Shown in pieces: positions 9,798 through 19,274 of a stretch of DNA of 64,000 nucleotides (position 1 is its first letter; every line of letters starts with the position of its first letter). The stretch is taken from positions 78,439 to 142,438 of the forward strand of contig JBBDTI010000030.1 of the NCBI GenBank assembly GCA_040904565.1, read 5' to 3'. The notes below the pieces were generated by a model. The model saw only the letters and a program-made list of their open reading frames with translations. It had not been told where the DNA came from and searched no databases. Origin of the DNA: Rhodothermales bacterium. GTDB lineage: Bacteria; Bacteroidota; Rhodothermia; Rhodothermales; VXPQ01. Made by a program: the position numbers and the translations under genes.

Positions 9798-10595
9798 ATG
9801 AGCGACCCCTTCGTCCCACACGTCGGCGGAATTCTCAGCGCCGACATCGCCGTTCCCGAACACGAACGCGAGGTGCGCTTCTAAGCGCGTGTACTCAGCA
9901 CGGGCGAGCATCCTCTCTGGCGGGAGGACCTGACGAACAACATCGGGATGCCGATCATCGGAGTGGGCGCACGCAGCTCCGAATATGCCCACCTTCCGCT
10001 CCAGTGGATGCCCCACGTTCAGGTCACCGACGTCGCAGTCAGTGTGGAGCGTGCGCTCGATCTGGGCGGCAGCGAGCTGATGCATTCCAAAAACGATGGT
10101 GGAGAGAGCCAGTGGGCCGTCCTACTCGATCCGAATGGGGCGGCGTTCGGGATTATCCCGGTCGTGCCCGCGGAGGCGATCCCCCCGGCGGATGGCTACG
10201 CGTCGAACGACGCGTCGGCGCGGGTGGGTCGTGTCGCCTGGATCAACCTGACCGTCTCCAACGCTTCCGCAACCCGGGACTTTTATCGACAGGTCGTTGG
10301 CTGGTCGGTGGAGGCGGTCGAGATGGCGGACGCAGGATAGGTCTACGCCGACTACAATATGCTGGGAGAGGATGGAAATCCCGCGGCGGGCGTCTGCCAC
10401 GCGCGCGGAGCGAACGAGGATCTGCCGCCTGTCTGGATGATCTACCTCCCCGTGGCTGATATCACCGAAAGCCTCCGCCGAGTGGAGGAGCAAGGGGGTA
10501 AGATCGTCAAGGAGGCTCGGGGGAAAGATGGGGAGTACGCATATGCGGTGGTCCAGGACCTCGCCGGAGCGTACCTGGCGTTGTCGCCCGGGTGA
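9798..10595 (+). pseudogene. VOC/glyoxalase family protein with two in-frame stops
   Basis: Three ORF-track pieces lie in one frame, split by TAA 9882-9884 and TAG 10338-10340. Motifs WAVLLDPNGAAFGI, WINLTVSNASATRDFYRQVVGW, WMIYLPVADI. Confidence 0.85.
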
Positions 10596-10756
10596 CGAGG
10601 TGCTTGCCCTCCGGCCAACTCCAGGCTACGACGGAGTGGGAAATCGGCTGAACACGTAGCCGAGCCCGGAAAAACGGTCCTGAACCTCGCTATTCCCGCC
10701 CGTATACCCTGCAACAGCTTCGGCGCTAGCCGTCACGTCGTCAAAACGTCAATACG

Positions 10757-11875
10757 TCACGACGTCTCCACACGCTCTTTATCTGCCGTACAGGGAATGG
10801 TAAACGAGAAGGTGCTCCCTTCGCCCACTGTGCTCTCCGCCCAGATCCTGCCGCCGTGAGCTTCAACGATGTACCTGGAGATGTATAGGCCGAGGCCCAG
10901 GCCTTTCTGATCGTTCTGGTCGACCTGCCAGAACCGCTCAAAGACGGCCGTCAGCATGTCGTCGCGAATACCGCATCCCGTGTCGCTGACGGAAACCAGG
11001 ACCTCATCGCCGGCGAGTTCGCCACGCACCCGGATACTGCCGCCCTTAAACGAGAACGTGATGGCGTTCGTGATGAGATTGGCCAGCACCTGAAGCATCC
11101 GGTCGTAATCGAATTGCGCCGGGATGTATTGCTGGGTCATCTCCGCTTTAAGAGTGATCCCCTTCGCCAATGCGGGAGCCTCGAACATCTCCACGGCCTC
11201 GGCGATGAGTTTTGCCGCATCTGCCTGTTCCGGCACCACCCGAAGTTTACCGGCATTGATGCGCGTGACGTCAACCAGGTCCCCGATGAGCCGGTTCATA
11301 CGGGCCGTGAAGCGTTCGATTCGGTTCGTTTCGACGAGGATCTTCTTTCCTTCCTCATTGCTCGTGACGCGCCTGGCGATATTCCTGACGCTCATCGCGA
11401 TTCCGCCAAGGAGGTTGCGCAGATCGTGGCTCGCAATGCCCATAAAGTCGTCGCGATTAGAAAGGGCGTCATCGGAACGAGCGCGCTCGATCAGGAGATT
11501 CCTGTCGGTCTTGCTCCTTTCGAGCGGCAGCAGCGTTTTGAGCGCGCGCGCAACCTCTTCGCGTTCGCGCCGAAGGCTCTCGTCTGCAAAGGCGCGCTCA
11601 TCCTGGAGGGCTTCGTCTTCAAGCTCTCGGGCTTCGACGACGGCGGCGTTCGACTCTTTTCCCTGCCCTGTTCCCGCCTGTTTCTTGTCCGCCCTGTCGC
11701 GCGCGGCGTTTACGTTAGCATCCGATTCCTCCCGGGAATGACGAACCCATTCATCGGCGTCGTCTTCGACGACCTGCTGCTCCTCGATCACGCGATCCAC
11801 CTTTTCACGTTCACTACGGAGGCTTTCGTCCGTACGCTCACGGACTTCCGAGGCGTTTTTCTCTTCGTCAGCCAT
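10757..11875 (-). CDS. Cytoplasmic sensor histidine kinase with charged coiled-coil N-terminus
   Basis: H-box ASHDLRNLL, N-box QVLANLITNAI, G1 VSDTGCGI, F-box FERFWQ, G2 GLGLGLYI. Start at MADEEK. Confidence 0.9.
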   Translation of the reverse strand: MADEEKNASEVRERTDESLRSEREKVDRVIEEQQVVEDDADEWVRHSREESDANVNAARDRADKKQAGTGQGKESNAAVVEARELEDEALQDERAFADESLRREREEVARALKTLLPLERSKTDRNLLIERARSDDALSNRDDFMGIASHDLRNLLGGIAMSVRNIARRVTSNEEGKKILVETNRIERFTARMNRLIGDLVDVTRINAGKLRVVPEQADAAKLIAEAVEMFEAPALAKGITLKAEMTQQYIPAQFDYDRMLQVLANLITNAITFSFKGGSIRVRGELAGDEVLVSVSDTGCGIRDDMLTAVFERFWQVDQNDQKGLGLGLYISRYIVEAHGGRIWAESTVGEGSTFSFTIPCTADKERVETS

Positions 11876-12116
11876 ACGAAATCTCGTCTCTGCGCACCAA
11901 TGCACACTCTGATAACCGGTGATCGCCGCTGTATCCGTGTCATCCCAGTTATGGCTGAGAACTAACGCAGCCAGCAATTTTCAGGATTGAAGATACCACC
12001 CACCCAATTGTTTCGGCGCCGCAAGTGTTTTGAACCGTACTTAGTATCGGTTGATTTTACAGGATAGAAGGGACTGACAATAAAGAGCTTGCAGAAAATC
12101 TTTCGATCATCGAGCC

Positions 12117-14342
12117 CTACGCCAGCGCGGCCGATACCCGCTCCGGCGTGAACGGAATACGGCGAAGGCGCACGCCGGTCAGGGCGGCGAACGCATTGGC
12201 TACGGCGCCGCCTACGAGTGGGAGGCTTGATTCACCCAGTCCGGAGGGATGCTCCTCGGACGCCACGAAGCGCACGTCAACCTCGGGCATGCCGGACATC
12301 CGCAGTACGGGATAGTCGGTAAAGTTCGACTGTTGCACCCGGCCGTTCTTGAAGGTGACGCTCTCGTACAGGATGCTGCTCAAACCGTGCGCGATGCCGC
12401 CCTCGATCTGCGCCAGCGCGCTGTCGGGCTGCACGATGATGCCCCCATCGAGGGCGACCCAGAACCGGTGCACGCGGATCCGTCCGGACGAGCGGTCCAC
12501 CGAGATTTCTGCCACGCCGGCCCCCAGCGAGCCGCTCTGCTCGGCGAACGCGATGCCGCGGGCGCGTCCGTCCGGCACGGCGCTGCCCCAGTCGGCCATC
12601 TCCGCGACGGTGTCCAGCACCGTGCGGGCGCGCGGCGCCCGCTGCATCAAACGGCGGCGGAAGTCGTAGGGATCTGCGCCCTGATCCGCGGCGATCTCGT
12701 CGAGGAAGGCCTCGATGGCGAACTTGTTGAATCCGTGTCCGACCGAGCGCCAGTAGTGAAGCCGCACGCCCGTGTCGACCGCGCAGCGCTCGATGGCCTG
12801 GTTCGGGATGTCGTAGAACGGGATCTCGATGCCGGAAGTGAGGAGTCCACCGCCGTCCCCGACAATGCAGTGCCGCCACGCTGTTACGTTGCCGTCGTCG
12901 TCGACGCCGGCCCAGAGGCGCTGCAGGTTCATCGGCCTGAACATCCCATAATGCAGGTCGTCCTCCCGCGTCCAGATCAGCTTGACGGGGCGGCGCACTT
13001 CGCGCGAGAGTCGCACGGCCTCCACCACGAAATCCGAATTCGACCGGCGGCCGAAACCGCCGCCCAGGAGACGCCGGTGGATCGTCACGGCCGACTCGTC
13101 GACGCCGGCGATGCGCGCCGCCTCGCTCTTTACATCCTCGGGCGACTGCGTGCCGACCCAGATTTCGACGCCGTCGTCGCGCACGGACGCCACGGCGTTG
13201 AGCGGCTCCATCTGCGCGTGATAGACGTGATCGCTGAGAAAATCGGCTTCGTATCGCTTCGCGGCTTCGTCGAGTGCGGCCGTGGCGTCGCCCTGCCGGT
13301 TGACCGCCTCGGCCAGTTCCTCCCGGCCGGCCATGTCGGCGTACTCGGCGAGCCTGGCCTCACTGTCGAATTGCTCGGCCGGCGCACCCGGCTCCCAGTT
13401 AATCTCCAGCGCCTCGCGCGCCTTCATCACGTCCTCGATCGATTCAGCAATGATGCCGACCCCGTGATCCAGGCGGGCGGTCGTCGTCACACCGGGCATC
13501 GCGCGTATCGCGGCTTCGTTGTAGGAGGCGGGCGTGCCGTAGTGCACGGGCGAGCGGGTCACCATGCCGTAGACCATCCCGTCGACGTGTTCGTCGATGG
13601 CGAATCGCGCGCTGCCGTCCGTCTTGGCGGGGATGTCGATGCGGGGGACTGAGCGTCCGATCAGGCGGAAGTCCTGCGGCGATTTCAGAAGCGTCTCGGA
13701 AACGTCCGGCATCTCGGTCGGCACTTCCGCGAAGGCGGCGATCTCGCCGTACGTCAGCCGGCGGCCGCTGGGCGTGTGGATCACCACGCTCGGTTCGGTC
13801 GTCAGCTCGTTGATCGGGACGTCAAGCCGGCGCGCGGCATCTTCCAGCAACACACGACGAATCTGCGCGCCCACGAGGCGGAGCTGCGTGAAATATGAGT
13901 TCACCGTTCGGCTTCCGACGGTCATCATGCTCCTCGAGCCGCCCCAGGCCGGACTGCCGTAGACGTCGCCGTCGACGGGAGCGTCGTCTACGCGGACATC
14001 CGCCCAGTCGGCGTCCATCTCTTCGGCGATCAAGACGGGCAGGGCGGTCTTGGAGCCCTGCCCCATTTCGGCGGCCGGATTCAGAATGAGAATGCCGCCG
14101 TCCGCGTCGATGGTGACCCACGCGCCGACACCTGTCGACGATTGCGGTGGCATATAGCTGGTGGCCGTCTGCGCGACGGCCCGCATGCCGGTACGTCCGG
14201 CGACGACCGCAAAGGCGAGTCCGGTGCCTGCCGTCCTCAAAAAGTCACGCCGGGAATAGCCGGCGGCATCTTGCCGTGTCGCGGATACGTCGCGGCCGGC
14301 ACGTCCCGCCGATTCCCGATTCTTTTCTCCAATGGTCGGCAT
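12117..14342 (-). CDS. iorB: Xanthine dehydrogenase family molybdopterin-binding subunit (isoquinoline 1-oxidoreductase beta-like), Tat-exported
   Basis: Tat motif SRRDFLR; AEMGQG, GGGFGRR, WRSVGH, QIEGG, GLGE. Confidence 0.88.
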   Translation of the reverse strand: MPTIGEKNRESAGRAGRDVSATRQDAAGYSRRDFLRTAGTGLAFAVVAGRTGMRAVAQTATSYMPPQSSTGVGAWVTIDADGGILILNPAAEMGQGSKTALPVLIAEEMDADWADVRVDDAPVDGDVYGSPAWGGSRSMMTVGSRTVNSYFTQLRLVGAQIRRVLLEDAARRLDVPINELTTEPSVVIHTPSGRRLTYGEIAAFAEVPTEMPDVSETLLKSPQDFRLIGRSVPRIDIPAKTDGSARFAIDEHVDGMVYGMVTRSPVHYGTPASYNEAAIRAMPGVTTTARLDHGVGIIAESIEDVMKAREALEINWEPGAPAEQFDSEARLAEYADMAGREELAEAVNRQGDATAALDEAAKRYEADFLSDHVYHAQMEPLNAVASVRDDGVEIWVGTQSPEDVKSEAARIAGVDESAVTIHRRLLGGGFGRRSNSDFVVEAVRLSREVRRPVKLIWTREDDLHYGMFRPMNLQRLWAGVDDDGNVTAWRHCIVGDGGGLLTSGIEIPFYDIPNQAIERCAVDTGVRLHYWRSVGHGFNKFAIEAFLDEIAADQGADPYDFRRRLMQRAPRARTVLDTVAEMADWGSAVPDGRARGIAFAEQSGSLGAGVAEISVDRSSGRIRVHRFWVALDGGIIVQPDSALAQIEGGIAHGLSSILYESVTFKNGRVQQSNFTDYPVLRMSGMPEVDVRFVASEEHPSGLGESSLPLVGGAVANAFAALTGVRLRRIPFTPERVSAALA

Positions 14343-14345
14343 GGC

Positions 14346-14812
14346 TCAGCCCTCCTCTACGGCGCGTTCGATGGCACTCAGGATGCGTTTGTACGTGCCG
14401 CATCGACAGATGACGGCGTCCATGTGGCTCACGATCTCCTCGCGAGAGGGTGCGGCGTTTTGCTTCAGCAGCGCGGCGGCCTGCATGATCTGGCCGGACT
14501 GGCAGTAGCCGCACTGCGGCACCTGCTCTTCGATCCAGGCCTTCTGGAGCGGATGACTCCGGTCGGGGGACAGCCCTTCGATGGTCGTGACGGCGCGTCC
14601 CTCGACACCCGAGACCGGCTGCAGGCAGGCCCGCGTGGGCGCGTCGTCGATGTGGACCGTGCAGGCGCCGCACGCTCCGACGCCGCATCCGTCGTCCCGG
14701 TCAGCAGCAGGTGCTCGCGGAGCACCCAGAGCAGCGGGAGGTCGCCGGGCGCATCCACGGAGACCTCTTCGCCGTTGAGGTGAAAGTGGATGAGTTGAGA
14801 GCGGATCGCCAT
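14346..14812 (-). pseudogene. iorA: (2Fe-2S)-binding small subunit (IorA-like), frameshifted
   Basis: [14 protein letters not shown], then a frame change near 14692 to [13 protein letters not shown]...QCGYCQSGQ...CRCGTY. Sequence reads GGG ACG AC GGA TGC, consistent with a ~4-nt loss in the KY/KF codons. Confidence 0.85.
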
Positions 14813-15134
14813 GGGAGCACCCCTCATGAATCGGGATTCAGACGCGGTTGGTTTCGAAATCCGTGGCGCAAGGTGAGGACGGAGGTATTCGCGCCGGGAA
14901 CTGCTCCATCAAAGGTCGCGACGTGGGCGGTGCGGTGCAAGTAAAATCGAGTTGTGGTCGGAGCTTCTGTGCGCGACCGTTGTTCACGCCCCAACTCGGG
15001 GTTCCACTCATTTTTCCACGACGAAGGTTCTGCGGATCGTGGTCTTGAGATGGCGTTCGTAGCCGGCGTGGCTGCTTGCGGCCCAGCAGGAGTTCGCCTG
15101 ACCGTGAGGTCTACATATATGGGGGTGTAAAGTT

Positions 15135-15599
15135 ATGACGCAAATGCTGGAATGGATGATGCTCCACGTGCGGTGGGCCGACCGCCGAACGGAGGCCTCG
15201 CTGCGTGCGTTTTCCTCCATCCCGGACGAGGCGATCCGGTTGTTCGCCCACGTGGCGACGGCGGAACGGATTTACATACTTCGGATGCGAGGCGAGGACC
15301 CGTTCCCGCAAGACTTCTGGCCGGACCTTACGCTCGACGAGGCCGCACGTACGGCATCCGAGGCCGGCGACGCGCTCCTGCCGTTCGTCCGGGAGAGCAG
15401 CGACGTCCAACTCCAGGCGCCGGTTCGCTACCGCAACAGCAAGGGCACATACTTCAAGACGCCGCTGGTGCAGATGCTAATGCACCTGTCGCACCATGGG
15501 GAGCATCATCGAGGTCAGATCGCTAGGATCATCAGGGAAGCGGGGGGCATCCCTGCGGTGACGGATTTTATCTCTTTCGTGCGAGAAGAGCATCCGTAG
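15135..15599 (+). CDS. DinB family protein
   Basis: LFAHVATAERIY and HLSHHGEHHRGQI His motifs. Confidence 0.85.
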   Translation: MTQMLEWMMLHVRWADRRTEASLRAFSSIPDEAIRLFAHVATAERIYILRMRGEDPFPQDFWPDLTLDEAARTASEAGDALLPFVRESSDVQLQAPVRYRNSKGTYFKTPLVQMLMHLSHHGEHHRGQIARIIREAGGIPAVTDFISFVREEHP

Positions 15600-15759
15600 C
15601 CTAATCGTAGGCATATCCCCGCGCCGCAGGCTGTGAGCCTGGCTTCCCCCGGGGAGCATGACGGCAAGATGTTGCACTTCGGCGTCCGGAACAGCGGGCG
15701 GCAGTCCGCCCGATACACGCACGGCAACGCCGTCGGTCGGCGTGCGTATATTGCAATGG

Positions 15760-16212
15760 ATGGAAAAGCACACGCCGATATCAGATGGGAAGGGCCCGTC
15801 TTTAGCCGAAGCCGAGCGTTTTGAGACGATCGTAGAGATGCTGCGGCGTGCCGTTCCGTTGGTGCAGGCGATCTATCTCTTCGGTTCGCAGGCAAAGGGT
15901 CGCGTCCATCGGGAGAGCGACATCGATCTGGCGATCCTCGCGCCGGAGCCGGTCGCTCCGGAAGACCGTCTTGACGTACAGGAGGAGCTTTCCGTTCGGT
16001 TCCGATCCGACGTCGATCTCGTCGACCTCATGTCGGCATCAACGGTCATGCGGATGCAGGTCGTCACCACCGGCAGCCTGCTCTTCGAAGACGAGCCGGC
16101 CGTGCGGCACTTCTTCGAGATGCGGACGCTGTCCGCGTATGCTCTGCTCAATGAGGAGCGCACCGGGCTACTGGAGCACGTCCGTCGTCGGGGGCGCATC
16201 TATGGTCGATGA
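15760..16212 (+). CDS. mntA: Minimal nucleotidyltransferase antitoxin (type VII TA, MntA)
   Basis: IYLFGSQAKGRVHRESDIDLAIL (GS-x10-DxD); overlaps the downstream HEPN gene. Confidence 0.85.
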   Translation: MEKHTPISDGKGPSLAEAERFETIVEMLRRAVPLVQAIYLFGSQAKGRVHRESDIDLAILAPEPVAPEDRLDVQEELSVRFRSDVDLVDLMSASTVMRMQVVTTGSLLFEDEPAVRHFFEMRTLSAYALLNEERTGLLEHVRRRGRIYGR

Positions 16213-16624
16213 CGTGCTCACCAACAAGGTCGCTGCGATCGAGCGGAGCCTCGATAGGATAGAGGAGGAGTACTCCGGAGACCTACGCAACCTCTATGAC
16301 AACATCACACGGCAGGATTCCATCGTATTGAACCTGCAGCGTGCCTGTCAATCAGCGATCGACCTTGCGATGCACGTCGTTCAGATCCACGGGCTCGGTG
16401 TGCCGCAAGAAAGTCGCGATGCGTTCGCGTTCCTTGTCGACGAGGGACTGCTCGATCAGGAGCTGGGTGATCGTATGATGAGAATGGTAGGGTTCCGCGA
16501 TATCGCAGTACATGAATATCAGCGGATCAACCTGGATGTGGTGAAATCAATTCTCGATAATCGGCTCGACGATTTTCGCAGCTTCGCCTCGGTCGTCCTG
16601 CAAACAAGAGGATTCCGGACGTGA
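16202..16624 (+). CDS. hepT: HEPN/DUF86 ribonuclease toxin (HepT)
   Basis: QDSIVLNLQRACQSAIDLAMH and GFRDIAVHEY (RX4HxY). Start ATG 16202. Confidence 0.88.
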   Translation: MVDDVLTNKVAAIERSLDRIEEEYSGDLRNLYDNITRQDSIVLNLQRACQSAIDLAMHVVQIHGLGVPQESRDAFAFLVDEGLLDQELGDRMMRMVGFRDIAVHEYQRINLDVVKSILDNRLDDFRSFASVVLQTRGFRT

Positions 16625-16780
16625 GTTCGCGGAATGGGCCACAGGGCGGTCGTCAAGCGGGCTGCCGGCTATCCGGCCACGTGGGGTCGGGAAAAGATCT
16701 GGACTGGACGTTACGGCCAGACTCCGAGCGTGTCTTTTATAGCGTCGGCATCGTGAACCGTACGGACACAAGCAGCGTAG

Positions 16781-17101
16781 ATGGATAGACGGAAGATCAA
16801 AAAGGACCTGCTCCATTCCGGTTTCGCTGACATGCAGAGCGAGGCGCTGTCCTATCTGTTCGCCGAAATGGCGACGAAGGAGGATGTCCGAGAGCTCCGC
16901 TCGGAGATGCATGGTGAATTCCGTGCCGTCCGCGGGGAGATGCAGGTTATGAAGGCAGAGATGCACGCCGACATATCGGATTTGGGCAAGCAATTGATGG
17001 ACGCCATTGCGTCCTATCAAAACAGGCTCTTCACGCACGTTCTCGCGCTGATTGGCGCGCTCACGGCGATCATGACGCTGCTCCTGCTCCTGATTCGGTG
17101 A
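16781..17101 (+). CDS. DUF1640-like coiled-coil protein with C-terminal transmembrane helix
   Basis: GFADMQSEAL...MATKEDVRELRSEM, heptad-like repeats, hydrophobic C-terminus. Confidence 0.65.
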   Translation: MDRRKIKKDLLHSGFADMQSEALSYLFAEMATKEDVRELRSEMHGEFRAVRGEMQVMKAEMHADISDLGKQLMDAIASYQNRLFTHVLALIGALTAIMTLLLLLIR

Positions 17102-17173
17102 GACGAGGCTTCTGTCAAGAGTTGCTTCCGGCACGAGTCAACGTCGCGACGGTTGCCCGGGGCCACGTCGCTG

Positions 17174-17802
17174 TTACGGCCCCAGCAGGGCCAGTGGAAC
17201 GACGGCGACCCCGTCGCGGCGGCGGTAGGCCTGCGGGCCGGTCGTTACGATTACGGCGTCGAGCAGGTCGTTGCCTAGACGATCCCGAAGCCAGAGTAGA
17301 TGCCGAACATCCGCGTCATCCGCCGTGCGGCTCAGCTTGATCTCGAAGGCGACGACGCGCTGATCGTCCCGCTCGACGATCAGGTCCACTTCCTGCCGCC
17401 CGCCAGCCGTTCGAAGATGGCCCACCGTCGCTTCAGCACCCTGGGCGTAGACGCGGATGGAAAGCGCGGCGAGGGATTCGAACAAATGGCCGAGTAGCGT
17501 TCCGTCGCGGGGTATGGCCGGGCCGGAGCTCCGGAGTCCACCGCGCGTCGTACGCTGTCCCACACCGCGGGTACGCGCTGCCATTCATCGAGCAGGACGG
17601 GCGGATCCCCCTGAAGGAGCTGTTCCGGGTCCGCCTCGGCTATGGCCTGCTGTGCCGGGTCGTCGAGCCTATAGACGGTGACCGCCCGCTGTAACGCCGT
17701 TTCGGTCTTGCCAACTCCCCTGGCACCTTCCAGGGCTACGGCCGGAAGCGCAGGCAAGAGCTCGTCTAGCTCATCGTCAACAATGCGTCGGAGGTAGGAC
17801 AT
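17174..17802 (-). pseudogene. AAA_14 plus DUF4143 ATP-binding protein with large central deletion
   Basis: N-part has Walker A EGARGVGKT and Walker B LLDEWQ. It is joined out of frame near 17520 to the C-part LGHLFES...QEVDLIVE...VAFEIK (PD-(D/E)xK-like). Confidence 0.85.
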
Positions 17803-17835
17803 TCGCCGGCTGATGTACCTGAGGGTGACACGCGT

Positions 17836-17916
17836 TACCCTACCGATAGGAGGGAATATACACTACCGACGTGAGACTATCTACACTACCGATATGCACG
17901 GATGTACACTACCATT
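17836..17916. repeat. Four 12-bp direct repeats (consensus TACACTACCGAT) at exact 23-bp period upstream of the AAA_14 gene
   Basis: Copies at 17836 TACCCTACCGAT, 17859 TACACTACCGAC, 17882 TACACTACCGAT and 17905 TACACTACCATT, separated by unrelated 11-bp spacers. Confidence 0.9.
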
Positions 17917-18004
17917 ACGATCTTTCTGAGACGATCCCCTCCTTCCGCCAGGCCGCCGTCATTCCGGGGTGATTTCCGTGATGGGAACCCGTGATCGCGA
18001 CATA

Positions 18005-18023
18005 TGTTACTACGCCTGTTACA
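18005..18023. promoter_or_regulatory. Putative Rrf2 operator TGTtA-N9-TTACA
   Basis: TGTTACTACGCCTGTTACA upstream of the Rrf2 gene; matching site at 18512. Confidence 0.55.
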
Positions 18024-18048
18024 CATTGACTTTCTTGATGGATTTGTG

Positions 18049-18486
18049 ATGACCAGCAGCCGATTCGCCGTGGGCGTGCACATCCTCGCCCTCCTGCAGG
18101 AGGGAGGGGGTGAGCCGGTTACGTCCGAATACATTGCCGGCAGCGTGAACACGAATCCGGCCGTCGTGCGCCGGATCCTGTCCATGCTCGCCGAGGCCGG
18201 CATCACGACGTCGCGTCTCGGCGCCGGCGGCGGCGCACTTCTCGCCCGCCCGGCCTCAGGGATCACGCTGCTGGAGGTCTTCAAGGCCGTCGAAGGATGC
18301 GAGATTTTTGCCATGCATCGCGGCGAGCCCAACCAGGCCTGTCCGGTCGGGCGCCACATCCGGTCCGTACTGGAGGAGGTTACCGGTGCCGCTCAGCGTG
18401 CCCTCGAGGCAGAACTCGGCGATCGGACGGTTTCCGACGTCGTCCAGGGCGTGAAGTCGCACGATCGCGTGACACCGGCATCGTAG
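18049..18486 (+). CDS. Rrf2 family transcriptional regulator (YwnA/HypR/SifR-like)
   Basis: SSRFAVGVHIL, TSEYIAGSVNTNPAVVRRIL, PNQACPVG. Confidence 0.92.
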   Translation: MTSSRFAVGVHILALLQEGGGEPVTSEYIAGSVNTNPAVVRRILSMLAEAGITTSRLGAGGGALLARPASGITLLEVFKAVEGCEIFAMHRGEPNQACPVGRHIRSVLEEVTGAAQRALEAELGDRTVSDVVQGVKSHDRVTPAS

Positions 18487-18511
18487 ACCGGTAAAAAAAT
18501 TTCCATGTAAC

Positions 18512-18530
18512 TGTAGTCATATTGGTTACA
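18512..18530. promoter_or_regulatory. Putative Rrf2 operator TGTAg-N9-TTACA upstream of doxX
   Basis: TGTAGTCATATTGGTTACA, preceded by a TGTAAC half-site. Confidence 0.55.
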
Positions 18531-18584
18531 CAGTAACATATTCGTAGAATCACCAGAACGATCATCCATTCAGAGACACCTACC

Positions 18585-19037
18585 ATGGCCAACGCAACTT
18601 CGACCTCATCACCTAGCGACGACGCAGGACGCGTAATGAAAAATCTGATCCCTGAATCCGTCGCCGGCGCTCTCTACACGCTGCTCCGCGTCGGTGCCGG
18701 ACTGCTATTCATGCAGCACGGCGCTCAGAAGCTCTTCGGATGGCTGGGTGGCTTCGGCGGCGAGCCCGGCGCTACGGCGGAACTCTTCTCGCTGATGGGC
18801 CTCGCCGGAGTGCTCGAATTTTTTGGCGGAGCGCTCGTCGCCCTCGGACTCTTGACCGTTCCGGTCGCCGCGATTCTGTCGCTTCAGATGGTGGTCGCCT
18901 TTTTCATGGCCCACGTTCCGCAGGGATGGGCACCCATCCAGAACGGAGGGGAGCCCGCGCTGCTCTTTGCCCTGATCTTCGCCTACGTGGCGGCACGGGG
19001 AAGCGGTCCGGTTAGCCTCGACCGGCGTCTGAAATAG
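18585..19037 (+). CDS. DoxX family membrane protein
   Basis: LLRVGAGLLFMQHGAQKLFG, EFFGG, NGGE, GSGPVSLD. Confidence 0.9.
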   Translation: MANATSTSSPSDDAGRVMKNLIPESVAGALYTLLRVGAGLLFMQHGAQKLFGWLGGFGGEPGATAELFSLMGLAGVLEFFGGALVALGLLTVPVAAILSLQMVVAFFMAHVPQGWAPIQNGGEPALLFALIFAYVAARGSGPVSLDRRLK

Positions 19038-19079
19038 CAGCGGTATTCGCGCATCCATCCAACCAGTAGAAACAGGTTC

Positions 19080-19244
19080 ATGACTGGAGTAACCGGAGCA
19101 ACCGGCCATCTCGGCCGGCTCGTCATCGAAGCACTTCTCGAGCGAGGCGTGGAGCCCTCGGGCGTCGCACAGGCTCGCGCTAAAATCGTCGACCGCGACA
19201 TCTCGGAAGGATCGAATCGATCGCTGCTCAGTCCTATCGTATGA
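19080..19244 (+). pseudogene. Remnant of NmrA/QorB-like NAD(P)H quinone oxidoreductase
   Basis: MTGVTGATGHLGRLVIEALLERG Rossmann start, stopping after 54 codons. Confidence 0.7.
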
Positions 19245-19274
19245 GTAGATGGTGGCATGTCCTTCTGGTGAGCT

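Noticed and set aside
11980-12112. AT-rich intergenic patch as a possible att site or island boundary
   Set aside because: No tRNA, integrase or matching direct repeat found in the window; may simply be the kinase promoter.
16490-16520. HepT motif RDIAVH instead of RNIAVH as an inactivated toxin
   Set aside because: The RX4H core is intact and R-D variants are common among DUF86 proteins.
17836-17916. Repeat-spacer pattern as a mini CRISPR array
   Set aside because: 12-bp repeats and 11-bp spacers are far too short and no cas genes are present; kept as an iteron-like array instead.
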